A stretch of DNA of 32,650 nucleotides from assembly GCA_018303045.1 (NCBI GenBank), contig JAGVYX010000009.1, forward strand, positions 1 to 32,650, read 5' to 3'. The notes below the pieces were generated by a model. It saw only the letters and a list, made by a program, of their open reading frames with translations, was not told the DNA's origin and searched no databases. Below, piece by piece: positions 31,700-32,650 of this stretch (its first letter is position 1; every line of letters begins with the position of its first letter). The translations under genes were made by a program, and so were the position numbers. Source of the stretch: Candidatus Woesearchaeota archaeon. GTDB lineage: Archaea; Nanobdellota; Nanobdellia; Woesearchaeales; GW2011-AR9.

Positions 31700-32356
31700 T
31701 TAATCCTCCTTAAGATCGTTTTTATTAAGATTATTTTTATCTGGTCTTTGATGATTCTGATTATTCTGATTTTGTCTTGTTTCTTCTGTTTTCTTTCCTG
31801 AGCTGATTTTTACTTTAGCGTGCCGGATCACCTCTCCATGCAAAGTGAATCCTTTCTGGAACTCTTCTAAGATCATTCCTTCCGGCTGTTCTGATTCAAC
31901 TTTCAACAAGGCTTCATGAAGATACGGGTCAAACTTTTGGTCCAAGCATTCAATTGCCTTAACTTCGTGGTTTTCTAACAGGGTATTTAACTGGACATAA
32001 ATTAGCTCGATTCCTTCCTGGAAGGCTTTACCTAGGTGATCATTATTTTTGAAAGCTAGCTCAAAATGGTCTAGTACAGGCAATAATTGTAAGATAATAT
32101 TTCTCGAAGCCATTTCTTTAATTTCCATAATTCTTTTCTCGGCCTGCTTGCGGTAATTCTCGAAATTAGCCTGAGTTCTCTGCAGCAGTTCCTTTAGCTC
32201 AAGAGCTGAAAGTTCTTCTTTTTTAACCTCGGCTTTAACGGTGGATTCCTGGTAATTAGTTTCAATCTGGGCCTTAGTCTCTTTGTTATTAACTTCAGCT
32301 TTCACAGTTTGTTCTTCCTTTTTTGCTTCCGATCTGGTTTCTTTAGTCATGTTCAT
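31700..32356 (-). CDS. grpE: Nucleotide exchange factor GrpE
   Basis: [26 protein letters not shown]...VIR.A.V motifs. Confidence 0.96.
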   Translation of the reverse strand: MNMTKETRSEAKKEEQTVKAEVNNKETKAQIETNYQESTVKAEVKKEELSALELKELLQRTQANFENYRKQAEKRIMEIKEMASRNIILQLLPVLDHFELAFKNNDHLGKAFQEGIELIYVQLNTLLENHEVKAIECLDQKFDPYLHEALLKVESEQPEGMILEEFQKGFTLHGEVIRHAKVKISSGKKTEETRQNQNNQNHQRPDKNNLNKNDLKED

Positions 32357-32650
32357 TTCCTAGTTAGTTTACTTTAAGTCAACGTTGTAGATTTGATTTT
32401 GATAGTAATATATAAATGTTTTGGAATAATTGTGCATTTCTGGGAAATGTTTATAATGTTAATGATAAACTAACGATAAACTAACAATTAAATAATAGTA
32501 TTGTATAATATAGTAATTGTGAATTATTTTCGAATATTTGTTCACAATTACTAATAGCAAATGTGTGGATAAGTGTACGAATATTTAACACATTTGCTAT
32601 ATCAGTAAAGCTGACTTAGCAAAGCTGATTTGGAATTATACTAAAAGACT

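Noticed and set aside
32518-32572. DnaA-box-like cluster (TGTGAATTA, TTGTTCACA, perfect TGTGGATAA) suggesting oriC
   Set aside because: The host is archaeal and DnaA is not expected. Only one box is perfect, the same 9-mer also occurs inside gyrB, and the region is cut by the window edge.

Overview
Chromosomal segment of a DPANN-type archaeon, most likely Woesearchaeota/Nanoarchaeota sensu lato. This is inferred from archaeal split RNA polymerase genes, GGTGA-type SD sites and BHB-intron tRNAs alongside bacterial-type GroESL, DnaK/J/GrpE, GyrB and TGT. Most of the window is housekeeping: alaS (5'-partial), rpoH-rpoB''-rpoB'-rpoA'-rpoA''-L30e-nusA-S12-S7, groES-groEL, tgt, kae1, gyrB, smc and grpE-dnaK-HD-dnaJ. 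The unusual content is non-coding or accessory. (1) Five tRNA genes carry ten BHB-type introns, five at non-canonical positions, including a three-intron tRNA-Gly(TCC). (2) An AT-rich, integrase-free HTH-LAGLIDADG endonuclease cassette abuts the 3' end of that tRNA and is bounded by a degenerate, intron-less copy of the tRNA 3' end. This is a candidate tRNA-targeting homing element that may cooperate with a tRNA intron. (3) A highly structured ~130-nt leader or ncRNA precedes a small PC4-like gene. (4) A 31-bp tandem array lies in the groES leader. (5) uS12 has cysteine substitutions in two normally invariant decoding-site motifs. All calls come from reading the sequence; no searches were run.
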